From Trypethelium eluteriae (lineage: Eukaryota), in the NCBI GenBank assembly GCA_051942245.1, contig JAVECL010000091.1, positions 1 through 56,314 of the forward strand: a stretch of DNA of 56,314 bases. The letters run 5' to 3'. A model generated the notes under the pieces. The model had not been told where the DNA came from. It saw only the letters and a list, made by a program, of their open reading frames with translations, and searched no databases. Both the position numbers and the translations under genes were made by a program. Below, in pieces: positions 1-12,000 of this stretch (position 1 is its first letter; the number at the start of each line of letters is the position of its first letter).

Positions 1-1872
1 AGCGTGGTCGATGTCCATGGCGTCGGTGACGGCGGTGGCGGGGGGTGCGGACTCGGTTTTGATGGGGTCGCCAGAGGCGCTGCTTTCCTTCTCTTTGCCC
101 TTGTCTGCGGTGTTGGTGGAGCTGTCGTTGGGGTGGGGGAAGGCGCCTTTTTCGAGGCGCTCGCGCATGTTGCGGCGCATTTCTTCAGCGCTCTTGCCGG
201 CGGCTGCGGCGGTGGTGGTTGGGTCGGCGAGACCGGCGAGGAAGCTGAGGACGGAGAGGACGGGGTTGTCGGATTGGGTTATTGGGATGCGGCCGTTGCT
301 GAGGTAGGCGAGACTGCCGCTGGGTTCGTTGCTGGCGTCGTTCTCGAGGTAGGGGTCTTCGATCTCCATTTGTAGGAATTTGAGAATGCATTCTTCGGTC
401 GTCCTTGTTCCAACAGCATCAGCAATCTTGTCCCAATTGTCATTAGGCCCGGCATCTAGAGCTTCGAGTAGAGCAAGAGTCTCTGCGTCAGTCCATGGCG
501 CGTCCTTGTCAGGAACCGTCGAATATCTGTCATTCTCAAGACGAGTATACTCGGCTGCCACAGTATTTGAGGGGAACCGACACTCCAAGAAGTCTACCGG
601 ACAAAGGTCGTATTTGACAGTTGTGGGAGTCTTCCCCTGACCGGCTTCTATCGATTTCGAGTAATGGTAGCGCACTCGTGTGCAGTCCACTCCACAAGCA
701 TAACAAAAGAATTGCTTGCCCGGCTGTTTCAGTGATTCTGTCAAGTCTTTCGATGTGGTTTCTCCATCCGCGGTGGTGTCCCCATTGGCTGGCTTCTCTT
801 TCTCTGAAGGGGTGACTTCCTTTCCATTCCCCTCATAGATATTTCGACGTATTTCAAGGTTCAGTTCCGACTTCGAGGGAGCTGGAGTATTTGCTAGCCG
901 CTCGGTAGCGGTGAGAGGACGGCCCTGAGAAACGTAAGAATGCGGCGCTGGTTGGTGTGCCTGGAGACCCCGTGGTGTGTCTGCAATGATCTTGAAATGA
1001 CCTGTAAATGGGGGTCCTGTAGTAGATGGTCGAGTATCAGGATCGATCTAGTAAGTTTAGTCAGAAGGTACGTGATTGTTTCGGCTTTACAAACCTGATA
1101 ATTGATTAATCCCCACTGCTCTAAGAAAGCATGAACCCGCATGATTGCGCAAACATCGCCAGCCAGGTTCCGCCGACAGGCCGTAACCGTGAGATATTCT
1201 GCAGGGTTTAAACGGTAGGTATTGACCATAAAATCCCGGTAGTCCTTGTATACAGCCGGGGTCTTACTCCGGTTTCGCTCGTTGAAAAATTCAGGGAGTG
1301 CCTTCCTCTCCAGGTTGTGTATGGTGTTCATGTCGAACCATGCGCTATAACTAGGCAGGATGATCTGATGCGTTTGTTGAATCAAATGTGACCGTGCTGA
1401 CGCCTGTAGGCTATCTTTTGTCTGCTGAGGTTGGCGATCTGCTGCACCCTCGCCCGCCTCAGGAGCATCCTTATCAGCGCCTTCTTCCTTTTTCGTCTCA
1501 TCATCCATGCCTCCCATATCTTCGTCTGCGATGCCATCCGCAGCATCGACTTCGGCTGGTGGCTCGGGTGGAGCATCCATTGGGTTATCGGATATGACTG
1601 CAGGAGTTGATGTAGAGGTGTCGTGTGGTGATTTTTTGATGGGTGGAGCTGCGGAATCTTCCTTTTCCTCTACCATTGATGTATCTGGGTCTATAGAGAC
1701 AGCATTGATGTTAATATGCTTCCCCAACCCTGCGCATGTGAAGCGTCCGTCACCTACCTGCTGGCGGGGCCGACTGCTCGACCGTAGAAGCATGTACGGC
1801 TTCATCAGTGGCAGTGTCCAGAGGTTGCGCAGTGTTCGGATCCATCTCTCCACCAGGGATGGGCTCCGCCAT
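1..1872 (-). CDS. RSC8: SWI/SNF-RSC chromatin remodelling subunit Rsc8/Swi3/Ssr2 (SWIRM + ZZ-like Zn finger + SANT); 3' end lies outside the window
   Basis: Spliced model: ATG 1872 ([13 protein letters not shown]...), introns 1691-1757 and 1048-1094. SWIRM motif [16 protein letters not shown]...[52 protein letters not shown], then [14 protein letters not shown] and [17 protein letters not shown]...[27 protein letters not shown]. Confidence 0.93.
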
Positions 1873-2240
1873 TGCGGCTGGAGATTAATTTGATAGAAGC
1901 TGCGTCTGCAGAAATCAAGCGTGGAAAGAGCGCATTCAGTGTGATTGGCGCAGACGGACGCAAGCGCGTCAAACTCTGTCAAGTTGAGGGTGTTGGATGG
2001 GAAAAGATGGTGGGATAGCGCAATAGTGGGATGGGATAGTTGTGATGGAGGCGCGTGGTGGTGCAGGTCAAGCTCCTTGTCGCGTTCCTGCGCTGCTCTT
2101 CGGAGGCTGAGCTCCTTACGTAAGCGGTTTATTGTGGCTGCCGTCCGGCTAGCCTCGGTCACATCATTCACAGTGGGGAATTGCTTCCATCTTCTCCATG
2201 CATCTCTCCTTCACTAGTCTGGCACTTGGCTAGACACATA
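1873..2240. promoter_or_regulatory. Short bidirectional promoter region between RSC8 (-) and ETF-alpha (+)
   Basis: 368 bp between two divergent start codons; inferred from gene layout only. Confidence 0.55.
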
Positions 2241-3402
2241 ATGTTTGCGGCGAGTCGAGGGGCGAGTGTCCGCTCAGTTCGGTCTCTTCTACGGCGGAAT
2301 GGACCGATCCCGTTGAACCGCCATTCCTCCGTATCTCGACTATTATCCACATTAGCGGTTCTCGAGCAGCGGGAAGGGAAGCTCAATGTCTCCTCCCTAG
2401 CCGCCGTATCAGCAGCCCAGAAGCTCGGAGGATCTGTGACGGGATTCGTTGCAGGAAGTGGCACCAAAGCCGTGGCCGAAGAGGCAGCAAAGGTCAAAGG
2501 CCTAGAGAAAGTGATATTTGTGGACAACGGGGCATACGACAAGGTGCGGCCCACGTCGATAGGATTATAAGGGTATATTCGTTGCTAAATCAAGTTTTGA
2601 TTTAGGGTCTTCCCGAGAACTTTGCTCCCCTACTCGTTGAGAACATTAAGAAGGGCGGATTTAGTCATGTCTTGGCTGGTCATTCGGCGTTTGGCAAGAA
2701 CTTGATGCCTCGAGTTGCCGCCCTTCTAGATACGCAACAGGTCTCTGACATCATTGAAGTCGGAGGGGAAGACAGTAAGTATGTTGGGGAAATCAGGCTC
2801 AAACTGGGTCCACTGACGCAATGCTGGCAGCTTTCGTTCGACCAATCTATGCCGGCAACGCCATTCTCACAGTCCAGACGTCCGATGACACCAAGATAAT
2901 AACAGTACGAGGCACAGCATTTCCAGCTCCAGAAACGGAGGGGGGATCTGGAGCAGTTGAGGAAGGTGTCGATCCGAAAGCAGAATGCTCAACAGAATGG
3001 ATATCAGAGAACCTCGCAAAGTCAGATCGACCAGACCTTGCTACGGCAGACAAGGTGGTCTCTGGTGGCAGAGGCCTTAAATCGAAAGAACAATTTGATA
3101 AGCTTATACCTCCCTTGGCTGACGCTATGAACGCGGCCATTGGTGCTTCCAGAGCGGCTGTGGATAGCGGGTTCGCGGATAACAGCTTACAAGTTGGACA
3201 GACAGGAAAGAATGTTGCTCCTCAGCTGTATCTCTGTGCTGGTATCTCAGGAGCGATACAGCATCTCGCAGGTATGAAGGATAGCAAGGTCATTGCATGC
3301 ATTAACAAGGATGCCGATGCTCCCATCTTCCAGGTCGCGGATGTCGGTCTGGTCGGAGACTTGTTTGAGAAAGTGCCTGAACTTACGGAGAAACTAAAGT
3401 AG
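2241..3402 (+). CDS. AIM45: Electron transfer flavoprotein alpha subunit, mitochondrial
   Basis: ATG 2241 with Arg/Ser-rich presequence; introns 2544-2605 and 2775-2830; motifs [67 protein letters not shown]. Confidence 0.96.
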
Positions 3403-4085
3403 TAGATTTCACGTAGATAGAAAACCATTGCATGCTCTAGGTAGATAGGTAATGTGCAAACTGTCAAACTTCTCAGTGACTTTTGGACAGGACGATCAAT
3501 CGATCTTCACTAGGTTGATTTGGGGAATGTCAGCATCCTATCTATGTACGCAGAAGCGGATCGTAGCCTTGAATGCATCCCAGATCTGACGTCGACGCGT
3601 AATCCTACCGTCGCGTGCAAAGCCAGGATGGAAACATTGAGTGTACTCAACACGAACGACGATTGGCTTCTCCACTGCATTACGTGAACAGTCCCCGCGG
3701 AGGTTGAAAATCTTGAAATGGCTGACCGATGGTGGACTAGGATCAAGCCACGTTCTAGGTCATGGCTCTAGAATCCGCCAACACATGCTAAGTCCTTATC
3801 ACTCTGCGTCGCGATACAACTACACCCGAAGATACAACGTAATGTGTTCTGAGACGGGCCGCTGGACTTGATGTACCCCATGGCAGACTTTTGCATGCTG
3901 TCCTGTATTGATATCTTGCCGTTTCCCGTGAGGGTTCGGAGCATAATCTAATTTAGGGCGACTCCACGGATTGTACATTCTTGAGTGGGTCATAGGAGCA
4001 AAAAAGGCTTACAATTGCAAACTGCCTCTTGGACAACGGCTGGTTCCTGCTGGCATGCATCGTAAGAGCTGGCAACTGATTAAAA

Positions 4086-6716
4086 ATGAGCTTGTCGCTC
4101 TCCTATTCTGGCTCCACTCCAATCGAAAATACCGACAAGCTTCGCAATTGGGATGACAACAATGACGGAACGAAAAAGCCCGGAGATGACCGTCAAGACG
4201 ACCAGGATGAAGACGTGACGGTTACTGAGCAAACAGCAAACGACCAAACGTCAAATGATGAGAAAAACTACAGATGGTTCCGTTTAAAAGGGACGGCTTT
4301 TAAAGAGGATGGCGAGCAGTAAGCTTGGTCTCGAGCTAAACTCTTCACCGGTCATGATCACTCACCAGGATGTCTTTCTAGGGACTGGTGGTTCGCTTCA
4401 ACGGCTATACCGTAAGTCTCATTAATTCATTGTAAAATGCGATATTCGAGATTCTGAAAAACAATCCGCCATATCAGAATCGGCGCTAACCTTTTGCTTA
4501 GGCTCTTGGCTGCCACTATCGGGCCCCTTGCAAACGTACTTTCCATAGCAGCCTTGGTCACATCATGGCGAGTAAGCTTAGTACCTCCGAGCGGGAGCAC
4601 CGCTCCAGCAGACCTTCTACCAGACCTCTCGGGTGTCCCATTTGCGGATCCACGATGGTGCTACTGGCTCAACGTTGTTTCTCTTATCCTTGGGTTTATC
4701 GGTCAGATATTTTTGTTCTGTAATTTCACGAGTACTATACGATATATTGTTGCCTTACCTATGACGATCTTTCTTTGGTATATCGCAACCGCTATTGTGA
4801 GTTGATCCTGCTCACGTCCTTGATCATGAATTCTTCGCGAAGAATCACACCCTTCCAAATTCCAGCTTGGACACCTCCAGTGGCTTTCATGCATCTAAGT
4901 CAAGCTAACGCAAAGACAGCTTATAGGAATTACGGTATCTATGGAGATCCACGTCCCACCAAATCGACCAACAGAAACATATAGCCAGGGGTTTTGGTAT
5001 GCGGTCATCGCCGCCGTGCTTTACTTTATCTGTTCCATGCTTTTGATGTTCAACATGCTTGGTTGTTTTCTCGGGCATTACAAGGAGCATTTTGCTCTTA
5101 CAGACGATCAGCGCAACCTAATTTTGCAAACATATTTATTCTTTGTTTGGTTAGCCGGGGGAGCTGCCGTCTTCTCTGCCTTCGAGACTAGATGGGGTCA
5201 AATGCCGTGGAGCTTTGTCGATGGTCTGTACTTTTGCGACGTTACAATACTCACTGTTGGGTTTGGAGACCTCACGCCTACCGACAACGTTGGTAGAGGC
5301 ATCGTTTTCCCATACTCTGTCGGAGGCATCATAATGCTCGGTCTCGTCATCTCCAGTATCAGCAGGTTTACTGGCGAGCTTGGTCAGGAAAATGTCGTGA
5401 AGGGCCACGTCGAAAGAGCACGTGTCCGAACTGTCGGTCGATCCGTGACGGACTCCTTTGAGCTTGAAGAGCGCGCCGGTGTCCATATAGAGCGTCCGCA
5501 TCGGCATCGACCCCCCGTCCCTACGCCAGAGCGCCGGCGATCCAGCGTTTCGACGCATTTCAACATGAGGGAGCGCGCTCGGACGCTTCGCTACGCTGAC
5601 GAGGCCGTACACGATGTCGCACGGTCAAGCATTTCAAATCCATCTAAGCCGAGGCGTCAAGGAACTCTGGATTTTAACTTGAATCTGAAGCGGGTCAACC
5701 CCGTTCCCCGAGTCCGGAAACCCAAGCTTATCCTCTTGCGCGAGGAGCGAGACCGGTTCAATGCAATGCGTCAGATCCAGAAGTCGACGACGCAATTTAA
5801 GCGCTGGGCGGCTCTTACTATGTCTGCCACTTCTTTCAGTATCCTCTGGTGCGTTGGTGCCGTCGTTTTCTGGCAAGTCGAGCGAAATCATCAGCAGATG
5901 AGCTACTTTGAGGCGTTATATTTCTGTTACGTCTCGCTACTGACCATTGGGTACGGAGACTATGCGCCAAAAAGCAACGCCGGCAGACCAATATTCATCG
6001 TTTGGAGCTTGATCGCCGTGCCGACAATGACGGTCTTGATCTCGCACATGGGAGATACAGTCATTTCCGGTTTCAAGCAGGGGACGTTCACGGTAGCGGA
6101 CTGGACGCTACTACCCAAGAAAGGTTTGTGGCGTGCCTTTCTTGACAAGAACCCTTGGCTGCTCAACTGGATCTTGAGATGGAGAGAAGAGAAAGCAGCA
6201 AAGAAGCGATTAGAAGAAGGGTTTCAAGCAGGTCTCGATGACCAGCCGCAGCCCACACCTACAATCGATGAGCTTGCAACCGAACAACTGAGTGACCATG
6301 CGCTGGCGAAGAGACTGGCCAGTGCGATTCGAAAAACGGCGACTGACCTCAAGCACGATAATAATGACCAGAAACGGTACACCTACGAGGAATGGGTCGA
6401 GTTCACACGGCTAATACGGTTCACGTCCAAGCAAGGGCGGGAGGAGATAGATGACGAGGAAGAGGATGGATTGATCGAATGGGATTGGATTGGTGAGGAT
6501 AGCCCGATGATGACGGGGCAATCAGAGGCCGAGTTCGTCCTGGATAGGCTGTGTGAGAGTATGACGCGGTATATTCGGCTGCAGGTGAGGGGGGATAAAA
6601 ACAAAAAGCGGAAGGACCTTGACCATGATGATTACAATAATATTGAGAGACACGATATGAAAGCAATCGACGAGGATGTGGAGGTTGGGCTGTTAGATCC
6701 TGGAGAGAAAGGCTGA
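4086..6716 (+). CDS. TOK1: TOK1-type two-pore-domain outward rectifying K+ channel
   Basis: Introns 4319-4381, 4412-4501 and 4797-4919 give a continuous frame (DWWFASTAIPLLAATIGPLANVLSIAAL). Two P-loops TILTVGFGD and SLLTIGYGD follow several N-terminal TM helices. Confidence 0.93.
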
Positions 6717-6870
6717 GAACCCCTTCTTCGATGATTCAAAGGAAATAGTATATGTACGACTCTAGTGATGAGTCCGATCTGATTGATGTATAGACTTGTA
6801 TTTGTAGAACTTGAAAAATTTCCTCCATAGCGCCATTGCATGCTTAAAAACACGCTTTACGAACGTCGCC

Positions 6871-8408
6871 TTAGGAACGATGCTTAATAGACCTTCCATC
6901 TTCGGATCCCTCAAAAATGAAATTCCGACCTACGATATACAGTTCATAGGGCACGCCGTTGAGCTCCATTTTCCCGTCTGTCCCATTCCGGTACAACTGA
7001 GGTTCAAAATCTTGGTGCTCGGCCCATGTATTAAGCAAACTCCTGAAATAGCATGCAATAGCTGCAGGAGTGTGATAGCGCTTCGCAAACAAGTTGTAGC
7101 TCCGCTCCGCAATAGCTTCGGCCTCCTCGGGATGATCCGTATAGTAACTAATTTTCTCCTCGAGGTCAGACCAGTCCCGTTCTACAAGTACGTAGTTCTG
7201 CTCCGGCCCATCCGGTTTGAGAAGATGGGTATGATGTTCGATCCAATTCAGCTGGTGTGCAATAATCAGGCTCTTACAGTTTTGCAGGAACTTGAGTCTT
7301 CCAGAATAGGTGATGCCTTCGGTGTGAGCCAGGAACATAAATTTGCAGTGGTTCGGCATCGAGACATGGCATTCGTCTTGCTGACACGGCCCTACATTGG
7401 CCCACGCCTTGTCTTCCGTGATAGCCATGAGATCGCGACGGATCTTGTTGACATGGGGATCGCCCCGCCAGAGGATCTGAGGAATCTTATCCGACCATTT
7501 CATGTGGTCGGAAATGTGATGCAGCCTGCGTCGGAGGTCACGGTAGCTTTCCGCCATGGCTTTCTGCCAAGTCCAGTAGCCAAAGTCCGGAATCACCCAG
7601 ATATCACGCTGATCTTCCCAAGCATAGTGACGGTTGTAGCCCATCACTGTACGGCGATGAGCGCGCAGCGTGTCGTCATCGGAACACCATGCGAATACTG
7701 AGTTCGGTATTGTTCCCGGCTGGGCTGTGGCGACGGCATCGTAGATTAAAGCCAGTGTCCCTAGAACGCGTGAGATTTTGAACATCAGACTTAGGAGCGG
7801 CAGCACGCTCTGGTTGTTGCTTGAGATGGTGAATGAGCATACCAATTATTCGCTCTTCCCACCGCCAGGCCATATACGAGTCGTCCTGCAGACCACCCGC
7901 CTGGATGAACATCTTCAGAGATTCTTGGTCAGCTGGTAGACACTGACATCCTTCCTGATTGCTATACCTCTTGGTTGTATATCATTACTCGTACACAAAG
8001 TCTTCCATCCGCGACACCCAGGTCATATTCAGTGATCTTTCTTCCTCCCAAACGTTCGACGGCATCCTCAATTTGGTACGTATTATTGGGAAAGGCGATT
8101 TGACATTGCTCTTTTGTCAACCCTCGATAGTCTGCATCTCGTTCATACTTCCATTCCCATTTGGTAGCGGAAAAGGACGATTCCGACTTGTAGGGTATGA
8201 CTGAGGGGGTAGAATCGGGAGAAATGCTTGTGTCGGAAGACGTTAAAGGCTTTTGAGATGGCGTAGACCGTCGCTTAAGAGTCAGAACTCTAGAATGGCT
8301 CCTTTGGGCATTCCACAGCTCGATGCCAGCGATGCCAAGCAGAAGAAGACCTAAAAAAGTGAAAATAAATTTAAGGCGATATTTGTAGATTATGTATTTG
8401 AAAGTCAT
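6871..8408 (-). CDS. Glycosyltransferase family 90 (CAP10/POGLUT-like, DUF821), type II membrane protein
   Basis: N-terminal TM anchor; introns 7913-7967 and 7761-7842; motifs WVIPDFGYWTW, KIPQILWRG, HCKFMFLAHTEGITYSGRLKFLQNCKS, NYVLVERDWSDLEEKI. Confidence 0.88.
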
Positions 8409-9098
8409 GTTCTAGTTGCCGAGACTGGTGGAATATCGCACATAAGCGTGAGATGTTAAGGAATGGCAGTAAAGCACTTAATAGAGATTAGGAAAGAAAG
8501 TACTTAGAGATATCGAGTTATCTACTGAATTACACTGCGAAGACAGCTGGCAGTGTCATCTCGCTGCAATTGAACGAGCTTGTTGCAGCGACCCGGACCA
8601 CGTTCAGCGGCGTGTACAGTTCAAGTCTTTAGTTGGCGACAGGAGCCAACGCCGAACATGTGGAAGGACTGAAAACCATGCTTAACGGGTCGGACTTCTT
8701 TTTGGCATCGTACCCGAGTGAAGATCTGGCAATTTGGTAGTGGTTGACTTCGATGAAATGGTGTTGGGGCTAGCGATCAGCGAGACGTCTTCGAGTCAAA
8801 GTTTTTTTGTTGTTATTTCAGGGTTCTACTGTTGCAAATCCACCAACAATAAATAATCAGAGTAGGTCCTTCTAGCCACAGAACAGAAGACAGAGTCTCG
8901 AAATGATGTAAGCATCTCCCAAAAATTTGCAGAATATCTACACAAGTATGATAATGGATAGGAGAGGTGGATGGAGGCTAAATTGCGCGTTTCAGTGTAT
9001 TAAAGATTTTCGAGCTTTACAGCTGCAGTATCTATTTACAAGAAACGAAATCCTCATAATTATGTACAAGTTTGGTATCATTAATTATCTTGAATGCC

Positions 9099-12000
9099 TC
9101 ACGAAGCTCTCGTAAACAAAACAGCGGCTATGCATGCAAGAACAAACACAAGTGTCGTCTCTAACTCCAAGCGAGGCTTGCCAGAACCCGCTGCAGTGGA
9201 TGAGGTCTCCTGCGCTGACCCAGAAGTCGTCGACAAAGAGTTTCCAGGACCACTACTGACAGCATCGGTCACTGTTGGAGCAGCACTCACAACGCGATCG
9301 CCAGGTCTTGCAGTGGACCGGCTGCGTGCATACGGAACTGTGGTCTTGCCGTCGACGACGACACCATTTGGACCGAGACTAACAATCTCACCGTCACTTA
9401 GTGTTGCCGCAGGTCCACCAGGAGAAAGAGTGATTGAGCCCATGGTTAATGGTCGCCCTGAACGAGGAGCCGTGTAGACATGTCCATCCGCTGTGAAGGT
9501 GGGCGCGAACGGATTTGCCGCAGTGGTGAAAAAGGGCACTGTGCTCGTCCCTCCTACAATGACACCATTGGCTCCGATGCTGACAGTGTGACCGTCCGCA
9601 AAAGTGCCTGCCGGCCCGCCAGACCTCAGAGTGATGGACCCGATGGTCAAGGCCTGACCGGGTGACGGGGCCGTGTAAACATGACCATCAATGGTGAAGG
9701 TCTCTGATGAGGGCGCGCCTCTCCCTGCGGTGTTGAAGGGAACGGTACTGCTTCCACCTAGAATTACACCCTTGGAGCCTATGCTCACCACCTCTCCATC
9801 TGGGAGAGTAGCGGCGGGCCCGCCTAAGGAGACCGTCTCATCACCAATGACGAGGGATTGACCGGAAGCTGGAGCAGTGTAGACATGACCATCAACCGAG
9901 AATGTTGAGGGCGAAGCTCCTGAGCCAGGACCGGTATAGAAAGGCACTGTGCTCGAACCGATAATGACACCAGCGGAGCCTACACTTACGACTTCGCCAT
10001 TGGATAGAGTTGCTGCGGGCCCTCCGGAAGTGAGTGTCATTGAGCCTACAACGAGCGGCTGGCCAGGTAGTGGGGCAGTGTAGACTCCCCCATTGAGCGT
10101 GAAATCTGGAGGAGATCCCGAAGCCGGTATTTCACTGTAAGGGACGGTGTTGCCGTCAACAACAACTCCAGCAGAGCCTAGGCTTACGACATGATCCGAG
10201 ATTGTCTGAGCAGGAGCGCCAGCAGTTAGAGTAGCTGAGCCGATGGTAAGAGCTTGTCCACTTGATGCGCTATAGAGACCGTTGTCCAAAGTGAAGATGG
10301 CGCCGTCGCTGGACTTCTGGCTAGGAGCCGCGTTTCCGTATGAGGCAAGAACATTGTCGACCATGACTCCTGATGGAGCCACGCTGATTACATGACCAGA
10401 GACTGTAGCAGCAGGTCCTCCGACTGAGAGAGTTGAGGAACCTACCATGACTGGCGCGCCACGAGCTGCGCTGTAAGTCTGCCCATTCACGCTGAACACA
10501 GCAGAATTCTGGTTGGCTGCAGAGCCTCCAGTAGTAAAGGGCACTACACTACCATCGATCGCGACTCCAGAAGGTGCAACGCTTATCACATGCCCTGATA
10601 CGGTCGCCGGAGAGCCGCCAGCAGAAAGCGTAGAGCCTCCTACTATCAGCGGCTGTCCAGTAGACGCAACAACCTCACTATTCCCAACAGCAAATGTTGC
10701 AGCCGGAGAGGCTGCCACATCGGGCGGCATTAGCGCTGCTGTGCTCTTTCCTACCACTAAATTCGATGATCCGAGGCTGACAACCTGCCCAGATATCGTC
10801 GCAGGTGCGCCTCCAGGTTGTAGAGTCACGGAACCAATGGCAAGTGGCTGACCGGGAGGTGGCGCAGAATATGCCTGGCCTCCAATGACAACAGGTGGAA
10901 CTGCATTCTGTCCTGGGCCTGCTTTCCCCTTTGCTTGTCCATCAGATGCGGGATCAGGAACGACTGATATTGGCTGCCCTCCCACGGAGGCAATAGGCGC
11001 CGCTCCGTTTGTGGCTACCTCCGGAGAGCCTGGTTGAGGAAGTGCAACGGTAGAAGGACCAATTATGACGCCCCCGTTAGCGACGGAGACTGGTGTACCT
11101 GCAATAGTAGCTGCGGGATCCCCCTCTCTAATGGTGGAGCCTCCAATGACCACTGCTGCCGGCGTGGATGGGTCGGCTGGACTGACAGGTGTTAGCTGTA
11201 CCGCAGGTATAGCACTCGCGGCAACAGGAGCTTCGTTTGGGGCTTCATTGGGAGCAGGTGCTCCTTGTGATCCTGCATTCGGTGGCTGCTGTGATCCTGC
11301 ATTCGGTGGCTGTTGTGATCCTGCATTCGGTGGCTGTTGTGACCCTGCATTCGATGGCTGTTGGGCTTCAGCGACCGGCCCAGTCGGAGGTATTTCTTGA
11401 GCTGCGGGCGCTTGTGGTGGTGACGCTGCTTTTGGATCAGAGTACGATGGGGGACTTCCAGCACCGTTGGCGACCGAGGCAACGGCACTGTTAAGACCTT
11501 GTAGCGGACCAGCTTCAGCTGGTGCAGCTGGCGGCACTGGCGCCGGATCACTTGGCGGCAGAGGTTGAGCGGCGGCGCCAGACTGGATGATACTGATTAT
11601 CGGATGAGCAGCAGGAGCTTGTGGTGTGGGAGCAACTGGGGCAGCTGCTTTTGATGGAGAAGCTTGTGGTTGGGCTGCACTTGGTCTTTGTGGGTAATGT
11701 GCTGGTACACCTTGGTTAGGAGAGGAGGTGGGCTTAGCAACAGTAACGGGCGTGGAAGCTGGCTCCGGCTTTCCGGAAATAGGACCAAATACCGGAGTAG
11801 GTACGGCCGCGACTGCAGCTGGCGTGAGTGCTCTATCGATCGATTAGCATAGTGCGATGAATAAGAGGCCTTAAGCAGACCGTAATATGGACTAACATTG
11901 GTGGATCCCAAGCACCCCAGAAAGCCATGTTGCAATTCTTCCAAGCAGGATCAAGATCTTTGACTTGCGGTGGCAGACTTAGTTGAGGGTGATAAGCTCC

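Noticed and set aside
1691..2171. N-terminal ~160 aa of ORF 894..2171 as part of RSC8
   Set aside because: It reads through the promoter, an out-of-frame exon and intron 1691-1757; the spliced model from ATG 1872 is more coherent.
4830..4845. Perfect 16-bp palindrome attcttcgcgaagaat in TOK1 intron 3
   Set aside because: About one palindrome of this length is expected by chance in 56 kb (4^-8 per position).
6811..7701. 296-aa + strand ORF
   Set aside because: Antisense shadow of the GT90 coding exon, with a non-ATG start and no recognisable motif.
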